Assembly: GCA_938004065.1 (NCBI GenBank) | Contig: CALKWM010000039.1 | Coordinates: 65,313 to 129,312 of the forward strand | Origin: an uncultured bacterium | GTDB taxonomy: Bacteria > Patescibacteriota > JAHJAL01 | Direction of reading: 5' to 3' | Length of the DNA stretch: 64,000 nt | In this document: one piece after another, positions 10,355 to 21,537 of the stretch | Layout of the letters: each line of letters starts with the position of its first letter | How positions within the stretch are numbered: position 1 is the stretch's first letter | Notes under the pieces: generated by a model | The model's input: the letters and a program-made list of their open reading frames with translations, nothing else | Database searches by the model: none | What the model was told of the DNA's origin: nothing | Program-made: the position numbers and the translations under genes

Positions 10355-12889
10355 CTATATTAATTTTTTTATTAATTCCTTGAACCTTGCCGGCTGAAAT
10401 GGTTTGGTGATAATATCATCCATTCCGGCCTGATAACACTCATCCATTTCTTTCTGAAAAGAATGAGCGGTCTGGGCAACAATAATGTTTCTTTTCGATC
10501 CGGTTGTTTTTTCATATTCCCGAATTTTTTTGGTCGCCTCACAACCATCCATCTGTGGCATCTGGTAATCCATTAAAATTATGTCGTATGGATTTTTCAT
10601 AGCCAGATCCACTGCCTCTTGTCCATTCACCGCCAGATCAATCTGACTTAAACCCATCTTTTCCAGGACTTTTTTAACCAACTTTTGGTTTATCAAATTG
10701 TCTTCCGCCAACAAAATTCTCAAATTCATATCAGCAAATACCGCCTTCTCTTTACTGATTTTTTTGGGGGTTTCTTGTGATTTTTTACCAAATATTTCCC
10801 CCAGAACTTTTTTTAGTTGAATATAACTTATCGGTTTTGAGATAACGGAACAAAAAATATTTTTGTCACCATATTTTTTGCCGTCGGAAGAAAGCAGAAC
10901 TAGCGGTAAATCAGGTTCTATTTTTTTGATTTCTCTCGCCAGCTCCAATCCATCCATTTTTGGCATATGCATATCCAAAATAGCTAGATCCACATCATTG
11001 TACTTGTCTCTTTTGATACCATTAAGGTAATTCAAGGCCTCTGCGCCTGAAGCGGCGGCAAACGGTTTTACCTTTCTGGCCATCAGGTAGTTTGTCAAAC
11101 ATATCCGATTGGTCTCGACGTCGTCCACAATGAGGATTTTCTTTCCCTCCAATTGTGGTAAAACAGCCGACTCATAATTTGCTGATTTGTCTGATCTTGT
11201 GATCTTAATCGTAAAACTAAATGTAGAGCCATTGTTTTCTTCCGTCTCAACCCAGATTCTGCCACCCATTATTTCGACCAATCTTTTTGTGATAGATAGT
11301 CCCAGACCGGTGCCACCGTATTTTCGAGTCGTGGAACTATCGGCTTGCATAAATGGTTTAAACAATAAAAACAGCTTGTCTTCCGCGATGCCGATACCGG
11401 TATCTTTGACGGAAAAAAGCAAATCATCATCATTCTTTGTAACGCTTAAAATAATTTCCCCTCCACTTTTGGTAAATTTGGTTGCGTTTGACAACAAGTT
11501 CGTCAAAACTTGTCTCAATCTCAATCCATCAGCCCAAATAATTTTAGGGACATTTTCGTCAATGAAATAATTCAGTTCCAAAGTATTTTCATAAACCTTG
11601 GGAGAAACAATGTCAATCGCGCACTCCACGCACTCCCGAATATTTATTTTGGATTCATCGAGCTGGATATTGCCCGATTCTATTTTGGATAAATCCAAAA
11701 TATCATTGATTATTGCCAATAGCACATCGGCTGAACTGCTGATAGTATTGAGATATTCTCTTTGTTCGCTGTCTAAATTTGTGTCCGACAGCAAATCCGC
11801 CATTCCGATTATTCCATTCATTGGCGTCCTGATCTCGTGGCTCATATTGGCCAGAAAACTAGTTTTGGCTCGATTGGCGCATTCTGCTTTATCTTTGGCC
11901 TCGAGCAAGTCGCATTGATAAGCTTCAATCGATTTTATCATAAAATCGATATTTTCCGTCAGTCGTGATATTTCATCCCTGCTCTGCCCGATAGGCCTGG
12001 TATCCATTTTTTTTCGATGTGGCACTTGTGATATTTTTGTGTCCAGTTCTATCAAACGGGAAATAATTCTTGTGTTAATGAATTTTATCAACAAAAAACA
12101 AAATACTGACCCAAAGCATAGAAACATGAGGAAATTATACCTTATGCTATTTTTGCCTTGTTTGTAGATGTCTCGTGGCAAGACAACTTTTGTTGTAAAA
12201 ATTGCTTTCCCTTGCGGATCATAAATATTTTTATAACCGGCGATAGTATTGTCAGAAAGTTTGATAGCGTCATCACGAAGTGGCGCAACTATCGTAAGTG
12301 GCAATTCCATTTTTTCGGACAAGTCATTGATAAAATATTTATCAACGTACCTGCCAAATATCAATTTACCTTGCGGTGTGCCGGTTCTGTCTGATTTTAC
12401 AATTGGTTTTGTGCTTACCAAAATAATTCGTCCGTTCAAATCTATAAAACCGCCAAAAAATGACTCATGCGGATGATCTTTTTCGACAAATTTTATCAAT
12501 TCTTCCACCGACCCGTTGAACCTTTTTTCCTGAAAATCATATGAATTGGAATACACAACTCGGTGATCTTTATCCATAAAAACCATCACATTGACTTTAG
12601 TGTTGATATAATCGCTCTCATTGAGATAATTTGTCGAAAAATCTTCAAAATCTCCCCGAACAAACTTGCAACTATCATCCCAACAAGCCCAATCCTCTGT
12701 CGTTCGTTCCAGATCGTCAATTTCTTTATCAAAAAAACTTTTTATTCTACCCAAGTTTTTTTGCATCCTCGACTCTTCTATTTCCGCAAAACTGTTCAAA
12801 AAAATTACATTGGATATTAGATACAAAATCACTACCAAGACTATAAACAAAAACATAATTACAACAGTAGTCTTTGCTTGTAAATTCAC
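10355..12889 (-). CDS. Hybrid sensor histidine kinase with two receiver domains
   Basis: N-terminal TM + roughly 230-aa extracytoplasmic sensor + second TM. HisKA H-box [15 protein letters not shown]. HATPase [12 protein letters not shown]1 ([10 protein letters not shown]...DMHMPKMDG). REC2 ([13 protein letters not shown]...[10 protein letters not shown]). Confidence 0.88.
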   Translation of the reverse strand: MNLQAKTTVVIMFLFIVLVVILYLISNVIFLNSFAEIEESRMQKNLGRIKSFFDKEIDDLERTTEDWACWDDSCKFVRGDFEDFSTNYLNESDYINTKVNVMVFMDKDHRVVYSNSYDFQEKRFNGSVEELIKFVEKDHPHESFFGGFIDLNGRIILVSTKPIVKSDRTGTPQGKLIFGRYVDKYFINDLSEKMELPLTIVAPLRDDAIKLSDNTIAGYKNIYDPQGKAIFTTKVVLPRDIYKQGKNSIRYNFLMFLCFGSVFCFLLIKFINTRIISRLIELDTKISQVPHRKKMDTRPIGQSRDEISRLTENIDFMIKSIEAYQCDLLEAKDKAECANRAKTSFLANMSHEIRTPMNGIIGMADLLSDTNLDSEQREYLNTISSSADVLLAIINDILDLSKIESGNIQLDESKINIRECVECAIDIVSPKVYENTLELNYFIDENVPKIIWADGLRLRQVLTNLLSNATKFTKSGGEIILSVTKNDDDLLFSVKDTGIGIAEDKLFLLFKPFMQADSSTTRKYGGTGLGLSITKRLVEIMGGRIWVETEENNGSTFSFTIKITRSDKSANYESAVLPQLEGKKILIVDDVETNRICLTNYLMARKVKPFAAASGAEALNYLNGIKRDKYNDVDLAILDMHMPKMDGLELAREIKKIEPDLPLVLLSSDGKKYGDKNIFCSVISKPISYIQLKKVLGEIFGKKSQETPKKISKEKAVFADMNLRILLAEDNLINQKLVKKVLEKMGLSQIDLAVNGQEAVDLAMKNPYDIILMDYQMPQMDGCEATKKIREYEKTTGSKRNIIVAQTAHSFQKEMDECYQAGMDDIITKPFQPARFKELIKKLI

Positions 12890-13127
12890 CTTAACTCATC
12901 CTTTCTAATCGCTTAAAATCTATTTTTAAAGAACCAAAATATCGACAGTATGCATTATAACACCTATTTTCATTATTACTTAATCTTAAATTAATCTTAA
13001 ATTAAGCTAGAAAATTGAGGCATTTTTTTTGCATACTAGAAACTGCCGGCACAACACCGGCAGTTTCATTCGAACAAACAATAATAAATTAAATCACTAA
13101 ACTAATTGTTCATTGCATATTTGCGCC

Positions 13128-13160
13128 CGAGGCGCACCCGCCTTGGGCGGGGAACCTTGA
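13128..13160. repeat. GC-rich double-hairpin REP-like element (gcgccCGAggcgc + cccgccTTGggcggg)
   Basis: Two adjacent perfect 5/6-bp GC palindromes directly 3' of the stop of 13163-15445. Near-identical to the element at 22304-22333 in opposite orientation. Confidence 0.6.
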
Positions 13161-13162
13161 TA

Positions 13163-15445
13163 TTATTTTATTCCCAAAAACTTCAATATCTTGTCTATAA
13201 TATCCTGTAAATCGGTTATTAGTTGCTGAAATGTAGATAATTGAGTTTGAATAGCCGCATCTTCCAAATCCGATTCTTTGTCCCACCAGAACTTGGCGGT
13301 GGCTTTATCCGCTTTGTCAAAGTAACGAACTGTCACAGTTTTCCAGCCTGATTTGATCCGGTAAACATCTGAGTTATGCGCATTTCTTGGTTGCGGGTAC
13401 CATTTGTATAAAATATCTCCCAGTCCTTCCACATTGACCTTCATTCCATCATCAGTGACAGAATGGAAAGTATAATATCCATCTTCAAAGTAAAATCTTC
13501 CTCGCCAGATGGCCGATACATTGTCGCTATGTTTCTCACCATTCATATCCGTAATCAATGAGTCATATCCCCATTCATGATTGACCACATCGCCATCGAT
13601 ATATTCACCTCCAATTACGTTTTCCATCGGAGGATAGTAAACCAAATCTTCAATAATACCATTGTAATAACAACCATGAAATTTATTTTCCGGTGTTTCG
13701 TCACAGTTAACTGGCGATTTTTCCGGAATTACTAAATAATTGGTAGTATTGATTTTGGCTTCTTTTTCTTTTTCTTCATCGGTTTGGACTTTGGTGTCCG
13801 ATGTCACCAACACTTTAACCGAATCAGATAGATAATTTTTTGATACCGGATCATGACAAACAACGAAATACGTGCGGTCATAATCATGTTCGATTACCAC
13901 ACTTTGCTCGCCGGTTTTGCCGGATAAGTTTTCCGACCAATCATTGAAACAATTTACCGGCTCAATTCCTTCAATTGACCAGGTAAATTTTACAGTGTCA
14001 CCTTTTTTCACATTCAAACTTTCTTTGCTGTTACCAAATACCGAAACAGAGGCGGTTGAAGTCGTCGTGGCATAGTCAGACGTGTCATCATCTGTAGATT
14101 TGGTTGCGTCACTGGAAGTAGAAGTAGAGGAAGAAGTTGAAGAAGAAGTGGTTGAAGTGCTTGAGCTCGCGCAAAAGAATGATACCGAATTGGAAAATTG
14201 TTTTTCTGTGCCATCGCTGGCTATTGCATAACCGGAAATTAAGTGCATGCCCGGATATGCTTTTTCATCAAATTTGTATTGATAATTTCGTCCGCCGTAA
14301 GCTCCAACGCCACCGCGGTCAGTCATGCCGGCATCTGTTAGTGACCCCTCAAAGAATTTTTTACCGGTGCTTTTGTCCCCATCCAAATACATAGCGACTT
14401 TACTCGCCTGTTGAACATAAAATTCAGTCGTGCCGCAAACGGTTAAGGCCTGGGTAAAAGAACCGGAAACCTGTGGTGCGGTCTTGGGAGGATCAGGAAC
14501 AACCGGAGAAACATAGATATCGGTGCTTGTGCTTGGGGTGGTAGTTGTGGTCGGTGCCGGATTGGTGGTAGGTGCGGGTGTGGTTGGAGTTGTTGTTATG
14601 GGTGCAGGGGTAGTAGTTGGAGTAGTTGTAGTCGGTGTGGAAGCTGGTGTTGCTTTGCTACTGTCATACGGCATTGTAACCATATCATTGGAATGGTCTT
14701 TGTATGCTACTATTACTTGATATACTCCATATGGATCAATTCCGAAGTTGGAACTAATGTCCTGAATTGTTCCATACATATTTTGTGGAGAAGAACCACC
14801 AACCGGAAAAAAACGATCGCCTTTCAATTTTTGCAAAGTATAATTTCCGATTTTGTCTTTGTCATTATTCAATTGTGCCGGTAAATTAACAGACACTTCG
14901 TATCTGGTACCGATTGAATTGGCTTTTACTCCCGTAATAGTAAAATCACCGGATGGAGCGGTTGTGTAATTGGCCGGACAACTCATCGGAAATGTCTGCT
15001 GACCATTAGAATTATTGTAAACAACATCATAATTTCCATCGGGTTTTATATAATAGGGAAAAACCAGATGTGGGCCACCCCATTTAGTGGTATCAAAACC
15101 AATGCTAAAATTACCTTCCCCATCACTGGTAGTAGAAGCTACTTTGATCCCATCCGAACAAAGTGTACTTTTATCGCATTGCCAGGGGTTTTCTAGTGAG
15201 GCATCGATAACTATATCCAATTTGGTATTGGGAACAATTTTCCCCGAAACTTGTCCGCAACCAACATTGATATTACATGGCACATTATTACCATTGTAAT
15301 TGGCACATGAAGCGTTAGAACTTTCTTGCGCTTGTGAATTTCCAACATTTTTAACCTGAGAAACTATTGAACCGGATCCAATCCCAAACAATAACAACAA
15401 TAGTATCGGTATCAGGTTCTTGATGTTTTTCTTTAAAGTTTTCAT
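13163..15445 (-). CDS. Secreted surface protein with Thr/Pro- and Ser-rich linkers and C-terminal PA14 domain
   Basis: Signal peptide MKTLKKNIKNLIPILLLLLFGIG. Linker TPASTPTTTTPTTTPAPITTTPTTPAPTT. C-terminal ...EKFHGCYYNG...SAIWRGRFYFEDGYYTFHSVTDDGMKVNVEG...KWYPQP is a PA14-type signature. Ends with an amphipathic tail QQLITDLQDIIDKILKFLGIK. Confidence 0.7.
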   Translation of the reverse strand: MKTLKKNIKNLIPILLLLLFGIGSGSIVSQVKNVGNSQAQESSNASCANYNGNNVPCNINVGCGQVSGKIVPNTKLDIVIDASLENPWQCDKSTLCSDGIKVASTTSDGEGNFSIGFDTTKWGGPHLVFPYYIKPDGNYDVVYNNSNGQQTFPMSCPANYTTAPSGDFTITGVKANSIGTRYEVSVNLPAQLNNDKDKIGNYTLQKLKGDRFFPVGGSSPQNMYGTIQDISSNFGIDPYGVYQVIVAYKDHSNDMVTMPYDSSKATPASTPTTTTPTTTPAPITTTPTTPAPTTNPAPTTTTTPSTSTDIYVSPVVPDPPKTAPQVSGSFTQALTVCGTTEFYVQQASKVAMYLDGDKSTGKKFFEGSLTDAGMTDRGGVGAYGGRNYQYKFDEKAYPGMHLISGYAIASDGTEKQFSNSVSFFCASSSTSTTSSSTSSSTSTSSDATKSTDDDTSDYATTTSTASVSVFGNSKESLNVKKGDTVKFTWSIEGIEPVNCFNDWSENLSGKTGEQSVVIEHDYDRTYFVVCHDPVSKNYLSDSVKVLVTSDTKVQTDEEKEKEAKINTTNYLVIPEKSPVNCDETPENKFHGCYYNGIIEDLVYYPPMENVIGGEYIDGDVVNHEWGYDSLITDMNGEKHSDNVSAIWRGRFYFEDGYYTFHSVTDDGMKVNVEGLGDILYKWYPQPRNAHNSDVYRIKSGWKTVTVRYFDKADKATAKFWWDKESDLEDAAIQTQLSTFQQLITDLQDIIDKILKFLGIK

Positions 15446-15489
15446 TATTTTTTGTTTTTATTCTTATTTATATTGATATTTAAATAAAA

Positions 15490-17493
15490 TTATTCAATTC
15501 CGAAAAAATTCAAAACCTTTTGCACCAGATCTTTTAATTGATCAATTAACTGTTCAAAAATTGACAATTGTCTTGACAGTTCCTCAGCTTCAATCGCCGG
15601 TTTCTGATGTTCCCACCAGACTTTAACCGCCGCTTTGTGGCCCTCTTCATAATATCGGACAGTAACAGTATGGTATCCGGCCGATAAGTGTGTTAAGTCG
15701 GATATATGAGTATTTCTAGGTTGTGGATACCATTTATAAATTAGGTTATCGGTATCATCCAATATCACTTTCACTCCATCATCAGCGGTTGCTTTAAACA
15801 GATAGTCGCCCTCACCGAAGTAAAATTCACCTCTCCAGATGGCAGATACATTGTCAGTATATGTAACTCCATCCAGACCGGTGATAATTTTCTCTGTTCC
15901 CCAGTCATGATCTATCCGATTTCCTAAAACCATCTCTCCTCCCAATACAGTTGATTGATCAGGAAAATCAACTTTGTCATCAATTTTACCTTTGTAGTAG
16001 CAACCATGAAATTTTTCTTCCGGTACTTCGGTACATTTTGGAGTGCCACTGTCAGCTGTAACTTTTGGCATCTCGAGCATGGAGGAGTAATCGATCCATT
16101 CACCATTTGTTATTTCATCATCTTTGTCTTTCAAAGATGACTCATCGTCACTCTCGTCCTCTTTGTCTGCTATTTCCTCTTTTTTTTCATCTTCATCAAC
16201 TACTATTTGTTTTCCATCTTCGTCACTGATAATAGTCAAACCATTTGTTTCGCTGGTGGAAATATAGACTCGAGCCATTTTACTTTCTCCGGTGTATAAA
16301 GAAGATTTGTCGCCACTGGTACATGTAATCTGGTATAAATTCGTACCGGCGCCAATTTTAATATCTTTTTTACCGGACGATGACAAATCGCCCAATGGCC
16401 AATTATTCATTTCTTGACCATCACTTTGGCAATATTTAAAAATAGATGAATCGGCTTCCCATTCCAAGGTAGCGGTTTTTCCCTTGGTGAAAACTTCCAT
16501 TGTACCCATATTGTCCTTGGTCATCACTTGATTGGCAGTGTCATAAGTATAATCAAAACCTTTTCCGCTCACTTTGTATGTTTTGTCTCCCACTTTCATA
16601 GTTAATTTCAAAGGATCACTGGATTTTGATAAATCAGTGGAAGGAGTTTCACTTGGTGCATCACTACCGCCTTCAATATTGTAAAACAAAATCTGCATAT
16701 TAGCAGTTTTTTGTTTATACACTGCCACATTATTATTATCCCAACAAGCTAATACTATATTTTTATCTTTAGAAAGATCAAAAGATGCTTGTCCCTCTGG
16801 TTTCATTCTTTTTGATTTTACACTATAATCAGGATAACCAGGAATCAAATTATTTTTTGTTACTTCTTCATAAACGTTTTCTCGTACATAGTTGCCTAAC
16901 TCAGTAGCCCCAAACCAACAATCACTTATGTTATCAGTATTATATTTCCATGATATTGTTCCAGTTGTCACCGGTGTATCGATATATGTATATTTATATG
17001 ACTGATTACCTATCGCTCCTTGTCTACCAACTTTATAACTCTTATTATTCATTGTTATTTCCAAAGTTACATCATCGTCAGTTTTACTGGAATCGAAAGA
17101 TGGCGTTTCGCTCAAAACAACCGGCTCGCTGGTATCGATTTGAATTTCGATCATATTGCTGGCATGGGCGGTAGCAATAGTGTTAACAGCGGTTTCCGTA
17201 ATCATACTGCAACCAATTTGAAATCTATTTTGATGTCTTATGTGCTCGATAGTTTTTGATCCTGTCGCTTCTGTAATCAATTCACCATCCCAGTCATAAC
17301 ATTTCATGCCACCACTCAACAAATTGGCATCCATTGTCCAGCTCAATGTTAACGGATCATTAAATTTTACTTTGGTAGCCGACGCTTCCAGTTTGATCAA
17401 TTCACCAACTGAGGCGTGACTGACTGCCGAAATAAACACAATTGCCGCAACGGGCAATATCAAATACAACCATTTCACAATTTTTGTTTTCAT
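15490..17493 (-). CDS. Secreted PA14-domain surface protein, paralog of 13163-15445
   Basis: Signal peptide. Acidic linker. C-terminal EEKFHGCYYKG...SAIWRGEFYFGEGDYLFKATADDGVKVILDDTDNLIYKWYPQP (PA14-like). Same C-terminal tail FEQLIDQLKDLVQKVLNFFGIE as its neighbour. Confidence 0.7.
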   Translation of the reverse strand: MKTKIVKWLYLILPVAAIVFISAVSHASVGELIKLEASATKVKFNDPLTLSWTMDANLLSGGMKCYDWDGELITEATGSKTIEHIRHQNRFQIGCSMITETAVNTIATAHASNMIEIQIDTSEPVVLSETPSFDSSKTDDDVTLEITMNNKSYKVGRQGAIGNQSYKYTYIDTPVTTGTISWKYNTDNISDCWFGATELGNYVRENVYEEVTKNNLIPGYPDYSVKSKRMKPEGQASFDLSKDKNIVLACWDNNNVAVYKQKTANMQILFYNIEGGSDAPSETPSTDLSKSSDPLKLTMKVGDKTYKVSGKGFDYTYDTANQVMTKDNMGTMEVFTKGKTATLEWEADSSIFKYCQSDGQEMNNWPLGDLSSSGKKDIKIGAGTNLYQITCTSGDKSSLYTGESKMARVYISTSETNGLTIISDEDGKQIVVDEDEKKEEIADKEDESDDESSLKDKDDEITNGEWIDYSSMLEMPKVTADSGTPKCTEVPEEKFHGCYYKGKIDDKVDFPDQSTVLGGEMVLGNRIDHDWGTEKIITGLDGVTYTDNVSAIWRGEFYFGEGDYLFKATADDGVKVILDDTDNLIYKWYPQPRNTHISDLTHLSAGYHTVTVRYYEEGHKAAVKVWWEHQKPAIEAEELSRQLSIFEQLIDQLKDLVQKVLNFFGIE

Positions 17494-17803
17494 CTAATTT
17501 TTTATTTTTATATAATTATTACAAATCCATTGATTATACTATATTGTGTAAAAAAATGCAAGCTCTATGTCAAAAATCAAATTACGATCGGTAAAAACAA
17601 ATAAAATATATGATAGAAATATCTGGATAAATCCTAAATAAACTTAAACAATACATATTTTTTTTAATAAAAAAAATTTACAATCAATAATTCTTTTCTC
17701 ATTACATTTTTAAAAATGAAATATATATTTCACATAGTATTGTAATGTTTGCGCTATTTGTGCGTTATAATAAAATCACCAATACTTATTTTTCAATTTA
17801 TTA

Positions 17804-18517
17804 ATGCAAAACACATCCAAAAGAAATTTGCTAATCTGGCTTGGCGTAGGATTAATCGGGCTACTCGTTTTTTTGGCACCGATAATATTTCCGATTGATA
17901 TGATGAATGGCGGTGGGGCCATGATCATGGTCGGAATTTTGTTTGCCATCACCGGTCCGATTGTGGCCATGCTTTACTATCATCGCGCTCGCGTTTTCGA
18001 TCAGTTGATGGACGAAAACAAATTGCTGGCACATTTCAAATATCACCAAATCGAATGGCAGCGTTTTGCCGAAGATGAAAAAAAATTCCGTAGCGGTGAG
18101 CAACGCGGTATGCAATTTATTGTCTTGTTTTTTTCAGTAATATTTGGCGGACTTTTCTGGTATTTCGACCCGGAATCGGGATGGGTGGTGGCATTGGTAT
18201 TGTTTTTTGTTAACTTATTGATCATGGGAGTGGTATTTCTAAACAATCGCAGTTATGAACGCTTGGCCAATGAGCCAGATGTCGAATGTCGAGTTGGTGC
18301 CAATGGTTGTTTATTGAACAATCAACTTCACGTCTGGGTCGGGTGGGGAGCCCGATTTGAAGGCGCTCGCACCAATATGGGCAATATCAATATTCTGGAA
18401 ATTGTTTACTCCACACCCAACCGTTACTCAAGACAGTATTATACAATCAGAATCCCCATTCCCACCGGTCTGGAAAAAACAGCCGATGAAGTTGTCAAAA
18501 AATTATCATCACAATAA
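17804..18517 (+). CDS. Hypothetical membrane protein
   Basis: 237-aa ORF with 4 hydrophobic helices. No motif recognised. Confidence 0.4.
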   Translation: MQNTSKRNLLIWLGVGLIGLLVFLAPIIFPIDMMNGGGAMIMVGILFAITGPIVAMLYYHRARVFDQLMDENKLLAHFKYHQIEWQRFAEDEKKFRSGEQRGMQFIVLFFSVIFGGLFWYFDPESGWVVALVLFFVNLLIMGVVFLNNRSYERLANEPDVECRVGANGCLLNNQLHVWVGWGARFEGARTNMGNINILEIVYSTPNRYSRQYYTIRIPIPTGLEKTADEVVKKLSSQ

Positions 18518-18657
18518 ATTTCAATCGGTTGTTTCAATTTTTTTCAATCACAAATAAAAATTTCATAATATTCAAACTAATCCCTTTTAAAAAACCCGGA
18601 CCTGTTCAGTCCGAGTTAAATATTTGATGCCCTGATTGATTTTATTTTAAAAAAAAT

Positions 18658-18987
18658 TCACCCGCTCATTCGCATAAATTCAGCTAACAATTCAGAAAAG
18701 GTGATATTCTTAGCTTTTTTTCTTTCTATCATATAGTTTGCCTCATTTTCATCATATCCGCAAAGTAAATACATCTCCACTATTTCCTCGCTGGTCAGAT
18801 CAAGAACGGCAACTATTGACCACAACAGATATTTTGAAGGTCGATTTTTTCCTTTTTCCAGATTTCCGATATGTGTATCCGAAACACCTGTCTTGATTGA
18901 CAATTGTCTTCTGCTCTTGATTCCTGATCTAAGGCGCATATTAGTGAGCATTTTCCCGAAGGCCTTCAGATCTTTCTTGTCTTTCAT
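18658..18987 (-). CDS. XRE-family helix-turn-helix transcriptional regulator
   Basis: LTNMRLRSGIKSRRQLSIKTGVSDTHIGNLEKGKNRPS is a Cro/C1-type HTH. Confidence 0.6.
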   Translation of the reverse strand: MKDKKDLKAFGKMLTNMRLRSGIKSRRQLSIKTGVSDTHIGNLEKGKNRPSKYLLWSIVAVLDLTSEEIVEMYLLCGYDENEANYMIERKKAKNITFSELLAEFMRMSG

Positions 18988-19127
18988 GCCAATCCCTCCA
19001 AATTGTTAATGTTATAAAAATCATATACATATCAGTCAGTCCCAGTCAACCAATTGCCTATTTTAGAAACATTCAGACATCAAAAAAAATAACCCCAAAA
19101 TAATCGGAGTTATGTAAAAATTTGTCA

Positions 19128-20156
19128 TTAAAATGTTATTTTAAACATCGCCAACCCCACCCTTCTTTCACCCACCAGTAAATATTTCCCACAAGGTGAA
19201 AAGGCCAGCGACGTTATATTGTCGATCGATAAATTTTGTAGTATCGTCTCTTTTTTCCAATCGACAAGATTTAGATTGCATTCGACACCATTTGCTTTTT
19301 GAGAATACCCGCTGTAGACAATGTATTTCCCGGTATTATCAAATACGATATTAACTGGGTTATCTTCGCGGTTGAAAATTAATTTTTTTGTTAGAACACT
19401 ATTTTCAAACTGTATTGATTTGTGGCCGGCCCAGTTTTTTTTCAATATCTTCAGCTCGTCCGGACAAACACAGGCCAGATACCTATTGTTTGGTGAAAAA
19501 GACATCCGACAACAACTGGCCAAGATTTTCAAAATCCGGTCTTTCTTGTAATCCCACATCCATGTGCCATTTGAGTAATGTTCACTCTTGTTTGGTCCAA
19601 ATGACACCAACAGTATTTGATTGGAAGAAAAAATCATATCAATGATTTTCATACTGTAGGCGCCATAGTTCCATGAATTATATGGGCGATACCCATGTCC
19701 TTTTGTAATATAAAATATATCAGTAGCGCTTTTATCATCTGAATATTCTCCAAAATGATTCAACGCCAGATATGTTTTATAATTGTCCTGTGACTGGCGG
19801 TAACTGACCATACTCGTTGACAAAAAAGTATCTGCAATACCACCCAGATCAATCTCCCCCATTTTCCAGACCCGTTCTCCAAACTCATACAACTCGTACA
19901 ATTTGGAATTGGAAGTGGTAAAAAATATTCTACCGTTTTGATTGATCGTCAAATTCTTAAAAAATTGACCTTTCCCTTCCTCACTGCACATACTAAAAGT
20001 ATGTACACGATCCATTGCCGGCCATGTCCAGACATTGATTTCGGTTATGCAGGCACTAATCATGTATTTCCGATCCTTGGTCCACGCCATACTATGGACA
20101 CCCCAGCCATTTTTGTGACATTCCACAAATTCGTCAAATAACAGTCGCATCCGCAT
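19128..20156 (-). CDS. Hypothetical beta-propeller (WD40-like) repeat protein
   Basis: Repeated segments of the SxxxDxxYLxxG/W type (e.g. LAFSPCGKYLLVGERR, YMISACITEINVWTW). 342 aa, no enzymatic motif. Confidence 0.4.
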   Translation of the reverse strand: MRMRLLFDEFVECHKNGWGVHSMAWTKDRKYMISACITEINVWTWPAMDRVHTFSMCSEEGKGQFFKNLTINQNGRIFFTTSNSKLYELYEFGERVWKMGEIDLGGIADTFLSTSMVSYRQSQDNYKTYLALNHFGEYSDDKSATDIFYITKGHGYRPYNSWNYGAYSMKIIDMIFSSNQILLVSFGPNKSEHYSNGTWMWDYKKDRILKILASCCRMSFSPNNRYLACVCPDELKILKKNWAGHKSIQFENSVLTKKLIFNREDNPVNIVFDNTGKYIVYSGYSQKANGVECNLNLVDWKKETILQNLSIDNITSLAFSPCGKYLLVGERRVGLAMFKITF

Positions 20157-20316
20157 TCCTCCTTCGTATTGTTAAAGATACCTAAAATATAATTCCAGAT
20201 AGAATTATTGTCAATAATAAACAATATTTTATCCTCATATTTTGATATGCTATAAATGCCCCTTTTAAATTGTTCCAATTCATTTTTTTCACTTTTCTTA
20301 TCACTTACTTTTAACC

Positions 20317-21537
20317 ATGACCACCATCAAATGCGTTCAATGCGGACACGAAATTGAAATCACTGAAGCGCTCAAAAAAGACATCGAACAGCAAATTGCT
20401 GCCGATTTGAACAAAAAATACCAAACCGAAATCGAAAAAATCAAACAAACCAATGCCGATTTGATCGAAAAAACCAAATCCGAGATCAGGCAAAAAGCAA
20501 TTTCCGAAGCGCAGAAAGCATATGAAGCCAAAATCAAACAAACCAAAGAACTGGCCGCCGAACAGGAGAAACAAAATCTGTCTTTGCAAAAAGAGCTTTC
20601 CGAAACCTTAAAATCACTCCGTTTGGCCCGCGACGCCGAAGGGAAACTGAAAATCGAATTTGAGAAAAAACTACTCTTTGAACAGGAAAAAATCAAACAA
20701 ACCGCCAAGCAGGAATTTGAGAGCGAACAAAACATGAAAATGGCGGAAAAAGACAAAAAAATTCAAGACATGGAAAAACAGGTGATGGAAATGAAACGCA
20801 AGCTGGAACAAGGATCCCAACAAACCCAAGGTGAAGTTTTGGAACTTAAATTGGAAGAAGCTTTAAAAAATGAATTCCCGTTTGATGAAATCAGTGAAGT
20901 ACCCAAAGGTATCCGTGGCGCTGATATCATTCAGACAGTTAGAACTCGTGGCGGATTGATTTGTGGTACTATCGTTTGGGAATTAAAAAACACCAAAAAT
21001 TGGTCGCCTTCCTGGGTGCAAAAACTGGTGGAAGATCAGCGTGCTCTGAAAGCGGAATTGGCAATTTTGATTTCCAACGCTTTGCCGGAAGGAGTAAACA
21101 ATTTTGGCCAAATGGACAAAATTTGGGTTAGCAATCTCACCTCTTCAATACCACTTTGCCACGCTCTCCGGCAACAACTGATGGGAATTAAAAACTCGCA
21201 ACTGGCCAATGAAGGCAAAGCCACCAAAGCCGAATCGGTTTACAACTATCTGATTGGCAATGATTTCAAACAACGCATCGAAGTTTGGGTGGAATATTTT
21301 CGTACTCGCAAAGAAGAAATCGATAAAGAACGCATCTATTACAACAAACGATGGGAAAAAGAGGAAAAAAATATCATCAAAGTGATGGAAAATACCGCCG
21401 GCATTTATGGCGATCTGCAAGGTGTGATCGGTAACGCTCTACCAAAAATCGACTATCTCGAACTACCCGGGGAGGTGGAAGAAGGAGATTCGGGAGAAGG
21501 CGACGGGGTAAAAAAAGACGAGCGGTTGTTTTTCTAA
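20317..21537 (+). CDS. DUF2130-family protein: N-terminal zinc ribbon, long coiled coil, conserved C-terminal domain
   Basis: CVQCGHEIEI ribbon. Roughly 170 aa of K/E/Q-rich heptads. C-terminal GADIIQTVRTRGGLICGTIVWELKNTKNWSPSWVQKLVEDQ resembles the DUF2130 core as recalled from memory. Confidence 0.5.
   Translation: MTTIKCVQCGHEIEITEALKKDIEQQIAADLNKKYQTEIEKIKQTNADLIEKTKSEIRQKAISEAQKAYEAKIKQTKELAAEQEKQNLSLQKELSETLKSLRLARDAEGKLKIEFEKKLLFEQEKIKQTAKQEFESEQNMKMAEKDKKIQDMEKQVMEMKRKLEQGSQQTQGEVLELKLEEALKNEFPFDEISEVPKGIRGADIIQTVRTRGGLICGTIVWELKNTKNWSPSWVQKLVEDQRALKAELAILISNALPEGVNNFGQMDKIWVSNLTSSIPLCHALRQQLMGIKNSQLANEGKATKAESVYNYLIGNDFKQRIEVWVEYFRTRKEEIDKERIYYNKRWEKEEKNIIKVMENTAGIYGDLQGVIGNALPKIDYLELPGEVEEGDSGEGDGVKKDERLFF

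Noticed and set aside
14400-14660. Short-period nucleotide repeats that could be mistaken for a CRISPR-like array
   Set aside because: They are in-frame codon repeats encoding the Thr/Pro linker of a protein. No repeat-spacer architecture exists anywhere in the window.
14523-14720. 65-aa poly-Gly/Val ORF
   Set aside because: Antisense reading of the Thr/Pro-rich linker (ACC/CCA repeats) of the PA14 protein.
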